A DNA stretch of 64,000 nucleotides. Origin: Octopus vulgaris. Its lineage: Eukaryota. Location of the stretch: the NCBI GenBank assembly GCA_951406725.2, contig OX597830.1:52700001-52764000 (forward strand), in the 5' to 3' direction. Each line of letters begins with the position of its first letter. The first letter of the stretch is position 1. The notes under the pieces are model-generated. The model saw nothing but the letters and a program-made list of their open reading frames with translations. It was not told where the DNA came from and did not search any database. Made by a program: the position numbers and the translations under genes. This document shows positions 40,348 to 52,663 of the stretch, piece by piece.

Positions 40348-40484
40348 TTATTTCAAATGGTGTTTTTTCATGTATTCAAAAAATATTTGTATTGGTCTTT
40401 TTTCCCACTGTAAAATATGATCATGGTCAGCAGTTATTTGGTCACCCTTAAGTCGGTCAACCACTGTCACACATATCACAGCAC
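40348..40484 (-). CDS. UPP1: Uridine phosphorylase, coding exon 7 (terminal)
   Basis: acaaag acceptor; reads (C)AVICVTVVDRLKGDQITADHDHILQWEKRPIQIFFEYMKKHHLK-TAA; not in the ORF track. Confidence 0.95.
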
Positions 40485-40818
40485 CTTTGTGAAGAAAGAG
40501 AGACAAATTTATAGAGAAAGACAGTCAATAAAGAAATAAACAAATGAATAAATGATCAAATATATGTTTTCTATTAGAAATCAACTAAAAACTGGCCGTG
40601 GTGGTTGGGTAAATTGGTTTGTTCTGCGATTATATGTGTTTTGTGATTACAGCAATCCCTCACCAAATATATTTCAACCAGTGTTGGCATGCTAACATCC
40701 TTGTACGTTAATGGTTTGCCATAAGTACTAGGGTCAATTTGTTTGACTAAACTCTTCAAAGCAGTGCTCCAGCATGGCTGCAGTCCAATGGCTGAAACTA
40801 GTTAAAGATATGTATTTA

Positions 40819-41010
40819 CAGTAATCTCTCGACTATCGCGGGTGTTACATTCCAAAACCGCCCACAGAAATAATTGAAATCTAAAAAAATATAAATACCT
40901 ATCGGCTGCAGAAACCCGCGATATACTGAGTAGTCTGCGATATAAATTTACATATATTAGCCAGAAAAATCCATGATGTACTGAGTGTATTATAGGTGAA
41001 CCGCAATGTA
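40819..41010 (+). mobile_element. Tigger/pogo-like MITE fragment
   Basis: ta|cagtaatctctcgactatcgcgg terminus; right end degraded. Confidence 0.5.
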
Positions 41011-41171
41011 CTGAGTGTACCAGTACTTGTTTACACTAAGCACAAGGATTTACTGCCTCCAGACAGGCAACCACAAAGGTCTTCTTTCCAGATGCTGAAA
41101 ACATTCTCCCCGCCAACCTCTCTCCTATACAGTAAAGGCAAGAAACACTGACTTTATCAATTCTATACATT

Positions 41172-41635
41172 TGTAGTAATACTACTGTGTAAGTTTCAGC
41201 ACACATGCGCAGAATTGGATTACTTCCGGTTGGCCACCGGAAGTTTCCTCATGCACATGCGCAGGAACTGCAACCTGAAAACCTGACCGCTGAATCGGTC
41301 TTTCTGGCAGAGCAGCGCTAGCAGTCAGACGTGGCTCGACTTCTCTCAGGGAAGAACCCTACGCACAGAGAACCTCACCCCAACGAAGCGGAAACGAACA
41401 CCAAATCATCTTGACTCGCATGAGAGAACATTGTAACCAGTCCTGTGGATTCGGCTGCCGGTTTCCCCACAAGAAATACATGTGTACATGTTTCACCTGT
41501 AAACTGCAGAATAAAACCACCACTTACTGTTATTGAAGACAGCCTGACTTTGTCTCCGTTTCTTCAACTTGAATTGAATGTGACAGGATCAGACCAGACA
41601 CCCCTCCAGTGTTCCTGAATTCTCATCCTGTTACA
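41172..41635 (+). mobile_element. Solo LTR (464 bp), probably Gypsy-type
   Basis: TGTAG...TTACA termini, CATT direct repeat at 41168-41171 and 41636-41639, internal AATAAA at ~41509. Confidence 0.85.
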
Positions 41636-42284
41636 CATTCAACTCTTGAATTTACTTCTACCATCTCATCCTCCTCTGTTAATTTTGTTGACATCTGTCA
41701 CCATTAACTACAGAAACTGCTCCTCTATGTCCATTCTCTATAAACTGACCAACTCCACAGACACAAAAATACACACACATGTTTATATATATGTGTCGGT
41801 GGCACATAAAATCACCCACTACACTCTCGGAGTGGTTGGCGTTAGGAAGGGCATCCAGCTGTAGAAACACTGCCAGATCTGACTGGCCTGGTGCAGCCTT
41901 CGAGCTTGCCAGACCCCAGTTGAACCGTCCAACCCATGCTAGCATGGAAAGCGGACGTTAAACGATGATGATGATGATGATATATATATATATATATAGG
42001 TAAGTAGAGTTAGCAGTTAGAGTAACCACCTAAGGGATAAGAATATCCATAATTACTATATATACATATACACACACATATACATGACAGGCTTCTTTCA
42101 GTTTCTGTCAACCAAATCCACTCATAAGGTTTTGTTCAGCCCAAGGCTATAGTAGAAGACACTTGCCAAACCTGTGGTTGGGAAGGAAGTTCCTTACCAC
42201 ACAGCCGTGCCTGCTTAAGAAAGTCAAAATGGTTCACCAAGGGACAGCACAGACTGGTAGCAATGTCCAGGGTTGTGAATTGGA

Positions 42285-42530
42285 CTTAGAACTGGCGTCC
42301 AGTTAGATAGTTGACAGCCAAAGTCAGTGAAACCATCAGAGAGGTAGAACTGAGGCAAATAGTCATTATAGAAAACAAACAGTTTGATGTTTCATAGGAA
42401 TTGTTTGATCTCTGGATGGACCTGACACTCATCAGCATAAAGAGTGGGAGGGGGTCTGAACTGGAGACTTCAAGAGAGAAAGAAGTATTCAGGTTCAGAA
42501 AGCGGGAGCTCAGAATGGAAGATGACATCA
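42285..42530 (-). mobile_element. Penelope-like retroelement ORF relic
   Basis: Minus frame PLSEPEYFFLS*SLQFRPPP...FL*NIKLFVFY...SNWTP resembles the N-terminal region of Penelope-like elements (from memory). Confidence 0.4.
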
Positions 42531-42560
42531 AATATCAGAACAAAAAATGGTTTTACTCAC

Positions 42561-42707
42561 ATGGAATATTCATTTTATTACACAAAGCTACAAAACCAAC
42601 GGACTCCATTTCCATATTGGTCACACCCTTATCCTGTAAATGTTGAAGATATGCATCTCGGTCTTCATCAGAAAAGCTAGAAAATGGTCCATCAAGACGG
42701 CCTTGAC
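42561..42707 (-). CDS. UPP1: Uridine phosphorylase, coding exon 6
   Basis: Reads (G)QGRLDGPFSSFSDEDRDAYLQHLQDKGVTNMEMESVGFVALCNKMNIP; QGRLD and EMES motifs; cag / gtgagt. Confidence 0.97.
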
Positions 42708-42749
42708 CTGTTAGAATAATATAAAATATAGATTTAATATTCTTTTCTA

Positions 42750-42956
42750 CTCTAGGCACAAGGCCTGAAATTGGGGGCAGGGTGGGGCAGTTGATTAGAC
42801 TGATCCCAGTACGCAACTGGTACTTAATTTATCAACCCCAAAAGGATGAAAGATGAAGTTGATATAGGTGGAATTTGAACTCAGAACATAAAGACAGACT
42901 AAATGGCGCTAAGCATTTCACCCAGTGTGCTAACATTTCTGCCAGCTCGCCACCTT
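42750..42956 (-). mobile_element. Nin-domain SINE (family C), diverged
   Basis: Reverse complement of the family C head and core. Confidence 0.75.
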
Positions 42957-43209
42957 GAAATATAGATTTAATATTTCAACATGGTTGAGCAATTTGGAAT
43001 GTAGAATATTTCATATGAAATTTAGAACATTTGCTTGTTTGTGGACAGGTGATGGGATAGAGAGGAGGCGAAATAGTCAGTGGTACCTATAATGCATTAA
43101 TAGACAAACACACACACACACACACACTCTCTCTCTCTCTCTCTCTCACAAACATTTTTGAATAATATAATGTATAAATGTAATTATATCATCATCTTTA
43201 TTTTGAAGT

Positions 43210-43560
43210 TCTGTGATGCAAATGACCTTAGGATCAGCAATACTAACTTCAGGAAGTCAGCCAGTCAGCTGTTCACTTATTAATCTGGTGGGCACACAAT
43301 CCAGGTTGACCACATTCTCACCAGAAATCAAGAAAGGTGGTTGCTTATAAATGCCAAGTCATTTCCAGGTGAAGAGTGCACCCATCAACATGGGTTAGTC
43401 ATTAGCTCTAGGCTACAATGATGCCAAGAAGCAAACCAGTCTGCAAAAGAAAGATCTGGAAGACGAAAATCCTTCTGAATAGTCAGAGGTTTAGGTTTAT
43501 AGACATTCTAACTGAAGCATTTGATGAAAAGGAGGAGATAATAACATATAAAAGAGGACA
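43210..43560 (+). mobile_element. RTE LINE endonuclease-region relic
   Basis: FCDANDL.ISNTNF...QVDHIL...KSFPGEECTHQH motifs. Confidence 0.7.
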
Positions 43561-43730
43561 ACTTAATGAGGGCTGCAGACTAAATTTGTGGCTGGTGCAA
43601 AGTTTCCTCCAGAACTAACCTCCACAACACTTTTCAAAGCATTAATAACCTGTTTAATGTGACTATCAAGAACAATGGGGTGGGGTGATGGAAGGAATAA
43701 AATAGTAAAGTAGAAATGAAATGAAAATAC

Positions 43731-43866
43731 CTTCATAGAAGTCATCACAACACATTGTTGTTCCCAAACAATTTGGTAAAGACAGACTATCGGCAATAGC
43801 TTTCAATTTGGAATAAATTTCTTTGTTTGGTACGGCTGGATTATGAACCATTTTTCCTAGAACTGG
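43731..43866 (-). CDS. UPP1: Uridine phosphorylase, coding exon 5
   Basis: Reads PVLGKMVHNPAVPNKEIYSKLKAIADSLSLPNCLGTTMCCDDFYE(G); 136 nt; gcag / gtattt. Confidence 0.96.
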
Positions 43867-45153
43867 CTGCAGATTAGGGAAAGAGAGAGAGAGAGAAAAA
43901 AAAATTAAATGTTTTAATATTATTAAATTTTTTGAGCAGTGGTGTAGAATCTGTGTAGATGTTATCAAAAAAGAAACAATGATATCTTCAAAATATCAAA
44001 AACACTGGTATGGGAGCTGGTGGCAGGTGAAAAGCACTGGTCATAGTACCATGTAAAAAGCACTCAATACACTCTGTAAAGTGGTTGGCACTAGGAAGGG
44101 CATCAAACTGTAGAAACCAAGCTAAAACATACTATGGAACCCGGTACATTCCCTGGCCTTGCCAGTTCCTGTCAAGCCATCCAACCTATGTTAAATGTTG
44201 ATGATGATGATGAATCCTCACAACATTTCATGCCTTTCTGCAGCTGTGTTGTGTGGCCATGTGGTATTCATTCTCACTAATAATCACTAATTAAGTTCTT
44301 TCTTCAGCTTTTAAAGCTCTTGACAAATGCGGAAAAAAATATCTTTTAAAGAAGCGAAAGATAGCAGAGTTTCTGGGATGTGAGCACTGCATCCTTCAAA
44401 ACTTCCATGCTTCCTGAGATTCACCAACACTACACCTGATTTTCTCCCCACCATACACACGCAAGCATGTATCTGACTCATACACTGTTCCCTTTCCAGA
44501 CATTTGTACATTACTGCATATGCTTTATACGCATTTTTGACAAGTGGTGGTGCACCTGAGCACTGTATACAATAATTTCATCATCATTATTATTATTATT
44601 ATTATTATATATTATGTGGTAGTATTCATGTATGGAGTGTGTGTATATGAGAGTACTGTAGTTAGCAATTCTTATTTGTTCATTATACTTACATTTCAAA
44701 ATTCCTCTGAGCTTTACTGCTAGCATTAGGTATTGCAAATACTGACTCTGTATACCAGTTCTTTTTTGAGCCATTTTGTTATGCAGAAGATAGTTAGTAG
44801 TGTACCTATGGTTGCAAAAGTGTTGCAGCGATTGATCCTTGTATATCTCCTATGATCCTATACTTCCCAAGCAGCTGTAGCTGACTTTCATTATGTTTCT
44901 ATTAAAAGTTTTATGCTATTTATGAGTTTGCAAGGAAATGAATGTCCATCAAAGTTAAAATGTATCTAGCAACATTAGTAGCTACTTTAATATGGATTAA
45001 ACTCCATGATCTTTCAACAACTACATGTGCTAGTTACAGTAAATTATTATAGAACAGGGCAGCCTTGCCACATATAATCTTATCTTATGATAAATCAGAG
45101 ATCTATTTGCTAATATTGCTAGTGATATCATTAAGAAGCTTAACAAGAATGAA

Positions 45154-45215
<62 letters not shown>

Positions 45216-45250
45216 CATGCATGCATACATACATACATACATACATACAC

Positions 45251-45309
<59 letters not shown>

Positions 45310-45320
45310 GATATACTTAC

Positions 45321-45391
45321 AAGATTCCATTGTTGTTGCAGCTCCCAGTTCACAACTTTTTCAGAAATAATGACAGTTCCAGGATCTAAGC
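45321..45391 (-). CDS. UPP1: Uridine phosphorylase, coding exon 4
   Basis: Reads (G)LDPGTVIISEKVVNWELQQQWNL; 71 nt; ttcaag / gtaagt. Confidence 0.95.
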
Positions 45392-45521
45392 CTTGAAAAT
45401 AAATGGTGAGAAGAGAATTATAAAATGAAATAGAAATTGTCTGTATGCAAGTATATATGTGTGTTTTTATATATGTGTATGCATGCATGTATGTATATAT
45501 ATACACAATATATATAATATA

Positions 45522-45590
<69 letters not shown>

Positions 45591-46199
45591 TTTATATAAG
45601 ATATTATATTATATTGTATTACATTTATGTATTCATAGCCATGCACATATATGTATCTGTGTATACATACAGACACACATATCTATATACACATAGAAGT
45701 AACTATGTGAATACATATGAATGCCTTGTGTGGCTTAATCTTTACTCATGTCACTGTTAAAAGCTTATACAATCCCTTTTTAGATTAAAATTTATAAATT
45801 ATCGTCCATACTAAGTTAGTTTAGTCATGATACCTCATTCACCATACAGGTGACTGCTAGGCATAGCAACTACTCAAAAGGATGGGGGGGGAGTTTAAGC
45901 ATAACAATTACTAAAGTGGGTGCAGATGGCATCAATATATGACCTGCACACTTCTCACAAGTTGTTTATCTGTACTGAGTTTTCTTTGCAGTTGCTAGGC
46001 TACAGAGCATTGAATGTAGTTAAGGACCTTCCCCAGGTCAATGAAAGTTAAGTATGGTGGTTTCCGCTTAGGTAAGAATTCCCCCTGCAGTTGTCTCACA
46101 GGGGCATATGTGTATGTGTATTTATCTGTATGTGTGCTTGTGTGTGTGTGTGTGTGCATGCGCACATAGGTGTGTATTTGGTATTACGGTATTACTATA

Positions 46200-46758
<559 letters not shown>

Positions 46759-47207
46759 TCATGATGGTGATGGTGTAATAGTGGTGTAATGGTTGTTATG
46801 TGGTGTGACAGGGGTAGTAGTTGTGGTAGTGGTTTGGTAGGTAGTTATTGATAGAGAGTGGGGTGTGGGAGTGATAATGTATGATGGTAGTATCTATGGT
46901 GGTGTTGGTGGTGGTGCTAATTATGCTACTGATATGATGATGATGGCAGTGGTGGTGGTGGTGGTAGTAGTGATGATGATGATGATGATGATGGCAATGA
47001 TAGTAACTACAGTTAATACTACCACCACCGTACAGTCATTAACACAAGGTTACTTATATTAAAACCACCACAGTACACTACCCATGCACCAACAGTAGTC
47101 ATGGCTTGAATATCTTTCATCATGGGTCCGTTTAATCAGGAATGGCACCGATTTCAACAATGGTGACAAGGCATAACACATAACACAGTACAGCAATAGT
47201 TACTTAC

Positions 47208-47360
47208 ATTAACAAAGAGGACTTGGCCGACCTTGTAGAGTACATAACGGTCAGTACTCTGAGCATAGTTGTAAGGTTCCTGGCCTTCTGCAGTAAGTCG
47301 TTCTTCCATAAGACGAGCATAGGCAGCCATCCTCTTTGCTGAGCCACCCATACAGACAAA
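47208..47360 (-). CDS. UPP1: Uridine phosphorylase, coding exon 2
   Basis: Reads FVCMGGSAKRMAAYARLMEERLTAEGQEPYNYAQSTDRYVLYKVGQVLFVN; 153 nt; tacag / gtaagt. Confidence 0.97.
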
Positions 47361-47569
47361 CTGTAAAGAGAAATATCACCAGAAAAAGTCAACATTAATA
47401 ATGATTTCAAATTTTTAATAATGATCAGTTAATAACAAAATTCATTAGAACACGGTAACAAAATGACTAGCAGTAATTGTAGTGGCTCTTTACATTGTGA
47501 GTTCAAATACCACTAAAGCCAACTTTGCTTTTTAACTCTACCAAGAGGTTGATAAATAAAGTACTATTA

Positions 47570-47570
47570 A

Positions 47571-47609
<39 letters not shown>

Positions 47610-48225
47610 TGTGTACAGTGCTCAGGTGCACTACAACTCATCTAAAGTGTATATATAATTAGGTGTAGTTTTGGCAGATTTCGGAAAGCATGAGGGCCTT
47701 AAAGGATGCAGTGTCATGGCAGTCAACAACTGACGCAGGCAGTTTATTCCATGCTTCAGCAACTCTGAGCGTGAAAAAATGTTTCCGAAAGTCATGGGAG
47801 CTGTGTTGTTTTCTGACTTTGTAGGCATGTCCACGTGTGTTAGACACATGGAGATCAAAAAGGTGTTCAGTGTTGTTGTTGGTGAGGTGGTTGATAACCT
47901 TGTGGGTGTTTACCAAGTCCGTCGCCAGACGCCGGAGCTTCAGTGAATCCATGCCCAGGGAAACAAGGCGCTCAGAATATGGTAGGTGTCTGATGGAGGG
48001 TATGCGTTTGGTTGCACATCTCTGGACAGATTCCAGGAGGTCAATGTTCTGAGCAAGATAGGGATTCCAAACTGATGATGCGAATTCCAAGTGTGGTCGT
48101 ACCATAGCTGTATACAGTTTTAAATAGATGGCTGGAGAGCGGCTAACAAAAGTCTTGCTGAGTGATGCCAAGACACCCTCGGCCTTCTTGACAATTTTAG
48201 AGATATGCTTTGTCCAAGGGGTTAA
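47570..48225 (-). mobile_element. 5'-truncated CR1-group LINE with an intact ORF2 C-terminus and (TTA)n tail
   Basis: LYTAMVRPHLEFASSVWNPY, LESVQRCATKRIP, TRGHAYK and WNKLP motifs; the same 3' end occurs at ~44548-44608 and ~62105-62155. Confidence 0.92.
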
Positions 48226-48307
48226 TTCTCCACTCTCCTTCTCTCTAACACTCAAGCTATCTCTCCTTCCTTCTCTTTTTTTTTGCTTCTCTCTCTCTCT
48301 CTCACTA

Positions 48308-48355
<48 letters not shown>

Positions 48356-48664
48356 ACAGCTACATTTCATCAGAAGAGAGTCATAAGGAACTACTTATCA
48401 CAAGTGATCCTACTCATCCAGTACCCTAAAAAACTCAGCCAAAGAAACCAGAGAAAAGGGTAGGCATAGATGGGCTGGTAAAGGGTGATTTTAATGAATT
48501 AAGAATATATAGTGTGCAACATTTGGTAAACCTTAATTTAGTAAAACAAATTCGTGCCATGGGTCTCTTTCAGTTATTTCCCCTTAGCTCCATTTACATT
48601 TAATTATGCAAATTATTCTTGGCCAAAAATGTACAAAACTATTTTTGGATAATGATAATGTAAA

Positions 48665-48702
<38 letters not shown>

Positions 48703-49819
48703 GGCTGGGTTCCAACCCAGGTCAGATTTTGTCCTTTCTAATACTAACAGGGGTCACACACTCCTCGTGTACATTGCATTTTCTCATTAGTAGAGACAGG
48801 ATCTCCCTTTGGTGAGGCAGAAATTGAATGGATCCAATGAATCAGTTTGTTGAAGCTTACATCCACCAAAAACCAACCTCTCGCAATTCAAGGCTGGATC
48901 TTTTAATCATTGAGGTTTACTCTTCTGGGTATGTTTGGCCCAGGACTGTTTATTTTTATATTCACAGATAACCTATCACTTGGAGACCTGGTCAAAGGAA
49001 GTTTCTCTCCATACCAAAGGCTGCCAGAAGATGGTTTGGCTCAGTCCTCCCCACCAACTGCCTTAGGAGCCCTCCCTCCAGAATTTCTGTAGGAGTTTAC
49101 ACCCTTAACCTTTCACACTCCTGTGTGTATGAGCCAAGAAAAAAAAAAGGAAGGAATGTAAGAGAATGGGAAAATAAGAATATAAAAATACAAATATAAA
49201 AAGATGCTGAAACATATACAATATATATATATAAACACACACACATACACACACATACACACACACACACACACAAAAAAAACACATACACACAAATATC
49301 CCATACATAATGTACACATTGCTGAATGGTTGTTGACTCTCATGAATTCCTCCACCTTTAGATAGGTTTTACTTTTTGTCCCTTGGGGTGTCTAACAATC
49401 ACCCTCCTCACCAAGCAAGCTCAGTAGGGTTGCCAATTTAGCCACCAATGACCCCATCCATGTGACAGGTTCTACTAGGTTACATGTTACCAATAGCATT
49501 TTGCAAGTGACCTACCAGTGTTAAAACAGCAAGCAGAACATGTATAAACACACACACACACACTGAGTCTGCACTAATGCTCAACTCATCAAAGTTTTTG
49601 GTTTTTCCATGACATATATGCATGTGTGTATATGTATGAAAGTGTATGACTGTATGAGTGTGCATGTGCACATCCAAACACTCATATATGTGTGTGTGCA
49701 TGTGTGTGAGTATGTATATGCATGCGTGAGTGTGTGTGATATTCCTTCCAGTTGAAAACATATTTTCAACTGGAAGGAATATCAAACAAATACACCATAC
49801 AAGAAGCAGGTTAATGCCT

Positions 49820-50000
49820 AGTACAATATTAAAATGATTGATGAAATATTTAAAAGTCTGATGTACTATTTTAGTGTCTGATGCAATATTTTAATGGTTG
49901 ATGTAATATTTTAAAATCTGATGTAATATTAAAAATGTAATATTTTCATTTAAAACTGTTACATATTTTAATCTTTGTGGTGTAATATTTAAGTACTTGA
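49820..50000. repeat. 20-bp AT-rich minisatellite
   Basis: About 5-7 copies of a tgatgtaatattttaaaatc-like unit. Confidence 0.75.
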
Positions 50001-50032
50001 CATACTATATTTTTAATTTAACACAGCTTTAC

Positions 50033-50143
50033 CTTAACATCTCCAAATAATTTAGAGACATCATCTTTAGGGACATTTATCCCAATATGGAAGAGATGGT
50101 CATCTTTCATCTGTTTGATTCTCTGGTTTGGAATAGTAGCCAT
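50033..50143 (-). CDS. UPP1: Uridine phosphorylase, coding exon 1 (start codon)
   Basis: ctatag|A ATG; reads MATIPNQRIKQMKDDHLFHIGINVPKDDVSKLFGDVK|gtaaag. The seven exons total 870 nt = 289 aa + stop. UPP1 versus UPP2 is a vertebrate distinction; this is the family homologue. Confidence 0.93.
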
Positions 50144-50857
50144 TCTATAGAACAAAAATATGTAAAAGTTATGAAAAATATTTGCCAAAAAAAAAAGAAA
50201 AAGTACTACACAAAGATATTTTAAAAAGCAAAGAAAAAAACATGTAAAAAAAAAACAAAAATAATCTATGTAAAAAACATACGTAAAAGCCTAAAAGGTA
50301 AAAATAATGACCACCGCCAGAAACACCAGCAGCCAATAACACTAAATCACCACTAATATCACCACTCACACTGACACCACCATCACCCATACTACCATTA
50401 CTCACACTGACACCACTACTCATACTACCATCACTCACACCACTACCACCACCATGACCCTTACCACCAGTACCGCCAACAACACCACAAACACCACCAC
50501 ATCACCACCAACAATATCCCTACAAATACCACCATCACCAACTACCTGGTTCTTGGTTACCTTTCTAGAACCTGTTCTGTTGCAAGACCTGGTCTCTAGT
50601 TTGGGATAAACTCCTCCCTTTCCACCAACACTCACAGAAATCATGTAAAGAATTGTGCTTGAGAATAAACTTGCTTTTGTTTATTTAAAAAAAAAGTCAC
50701 CATTAATCAAGTAAATTTATGTTTAAAGATAATTAGGTCACCTAATATACAAAGAGCTAAGTAGGTCACTTAGATAAAATCTTCATGTATACATATGCTT
50801 GTGTGTTCATGTGTATGATTATGTGTGTAGAATATGTATGTATGTGTGTATATATAT

Positions 50858-51084
50858 TCTTTTATTCTTTTACTTGTTTCAGTCATTTAACTGTGGCCAG
50901 TTAAATACTGGAGCACCGCTTTAAAGGGTGTTAGTTGAAGAAATTGACCCCAGGACTTATTCCTTGTAAGCCTAGTACTTATTCTATCAGTCTCTTTTGC
51001 CAAACTGCTAAGTTATGGGGGCATAAACACACCAGAATCAGTTGTCCAGTGATGGTGGGGAGACACACGCAAACACACACACAC

Positions 51085-51122
<38 letters not shown>

Positions 51123-51268
51123 GGTTACTTTCAGTTTCCATCTACCAAATCCACTCACAAGGCTTTGGTAGGCCCAAGGATATAGTAGAAGACACTTGCC
51201 CAAGGTGTCACACAGTGGAACTGAATCCGGAACTATGTGGTTGGTAAGCAAGCTTACCACACAGCCAC
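50858..51268 (-). mobile_element. SINE family B
   Basis: Reverse-complement match to 23067-23480. Confidence 0.8.
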
Positions 51269-51907
51269 AAATAAATGAATGTATGCATACATCTGTCTGT
51301 ATGTATGTATATATATATATATATTAATTATCTTAAGTGTACACCATTATATACTCATCATGGCTGATCTAATCAATTGGTTTTGCACTAGGGGTACACT
51401 GGAGTGTTAGATAACAATCTAATTATACAACTCTACGCTCATCAGAGGTAGCTGATGTGGAATGAAATATGGCAACAATAGAGACCAGTCACCATATTTC
51501 ATACTGTACACTTCAGATAATACTTCCACTCTATTGACAGATATACAAGTGCATCATTTCCCTGACTTATGGATCTTTAGATGACTTACGTGTATATATA
51601 TATAACCCATGCTAGCATGGAAAACGGACGCTAAATGATGATGATGATATATATATTTATTCATCATCATCATTTAGCATCCGCTTTCCATGCTGGCATG
51701 GGTTGGATGACAGGAGCTGGCTAGGCAGAAGACTGCACCATGCTTTGCTGTCTGGTTTAGCATGGTCTTTTACAGTTGAATGCCCTTCCAAATGCCAACC
51801 ACTTCTTATGTGGCATCAGCACTGGCAGGATCACCGAGTAAATTGCAATACAAAGAAGCTTTGCTGTAGAGGTGATACATGGTTACTGGGTGAGAGAGGG
51901 AGAGAGA

Positions 51908-51944
<37 letters not shown>

Positions 51945-52444
51945 TGATGTCCAATGACCAATTTGCTATGTTAAAAAGTTGACTTTGCATTCACCATTTC
52001 ACATGTACAACTTCCAAACCATAAATCCATCCGGCTGATCCTATGGAAAGACAATGATTGTAGTAGCATAATACTCGTTATGATTTCCCATGCCTTCCCT
52101 TTTCTATTTCATGCACACATTCATTAACATACATTAACATATTAGCAATCATCAGCAGTCAGTCTACTTTGTTCGGCTCTCTTAGCATTAAAATGTTATT
52201 GATCACCTGACCTGCCTTTGGCATTGAATTAGTATTAGTCATATGAACACCTTTTCTTCTAGGTAGCTAATTATTGAAATTATACTATAAAGTTCATTTC
52301 TTTAATCTCAGTGGTTGCTTACCAACAACCTTTTGAAGATTCTGACTATTATAAAATCTTGGAAAATAAAGATTTATTGCAAATTTAATGATGGCAGCTT
52401 AAAAGAGAGACCACACAAATCATAACACAAATGTCACTAATTAA

Positions 52445-52663
52445 CCCTTTTGTTACTGCATTTATTTTGAGATGCTCTGGGTTTCTTTCAATTATTCTAA
52501 ATATAAAAAGAATTTAGTAAAATAACTTAGTTATCATTAAACTAGTGTTAGGAACGTAACTAGTGACTAAGGCTTGGTGGAATATTCTAATTCGAAACTT
52601 ATGGAAACAAGACATTTTACCACAGAGCCAGAGCCGGTTTTGGCCGGGTTAGTAACAAAAGGG
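52445..52663. mobile_element. piggyBac-type MITE (219 bp)
   Basis: TTAA on both flanks; perfect 13-bp TIR CCCTTTTGTTACT. Confidence 0.92.

Noticed and set aside
47659-48345. Longest ORF (228 aa) as a host gene
   Set aside because: LINE ORF2 C-terminus fused by chance to microsatellite codons.
50169-50644. Gly/Val/Ser-rich ORFs upstream of the UPP start
   Set aside because: Degenerate (ACC)n low-complexity tract with no phase-compatible splice sites.
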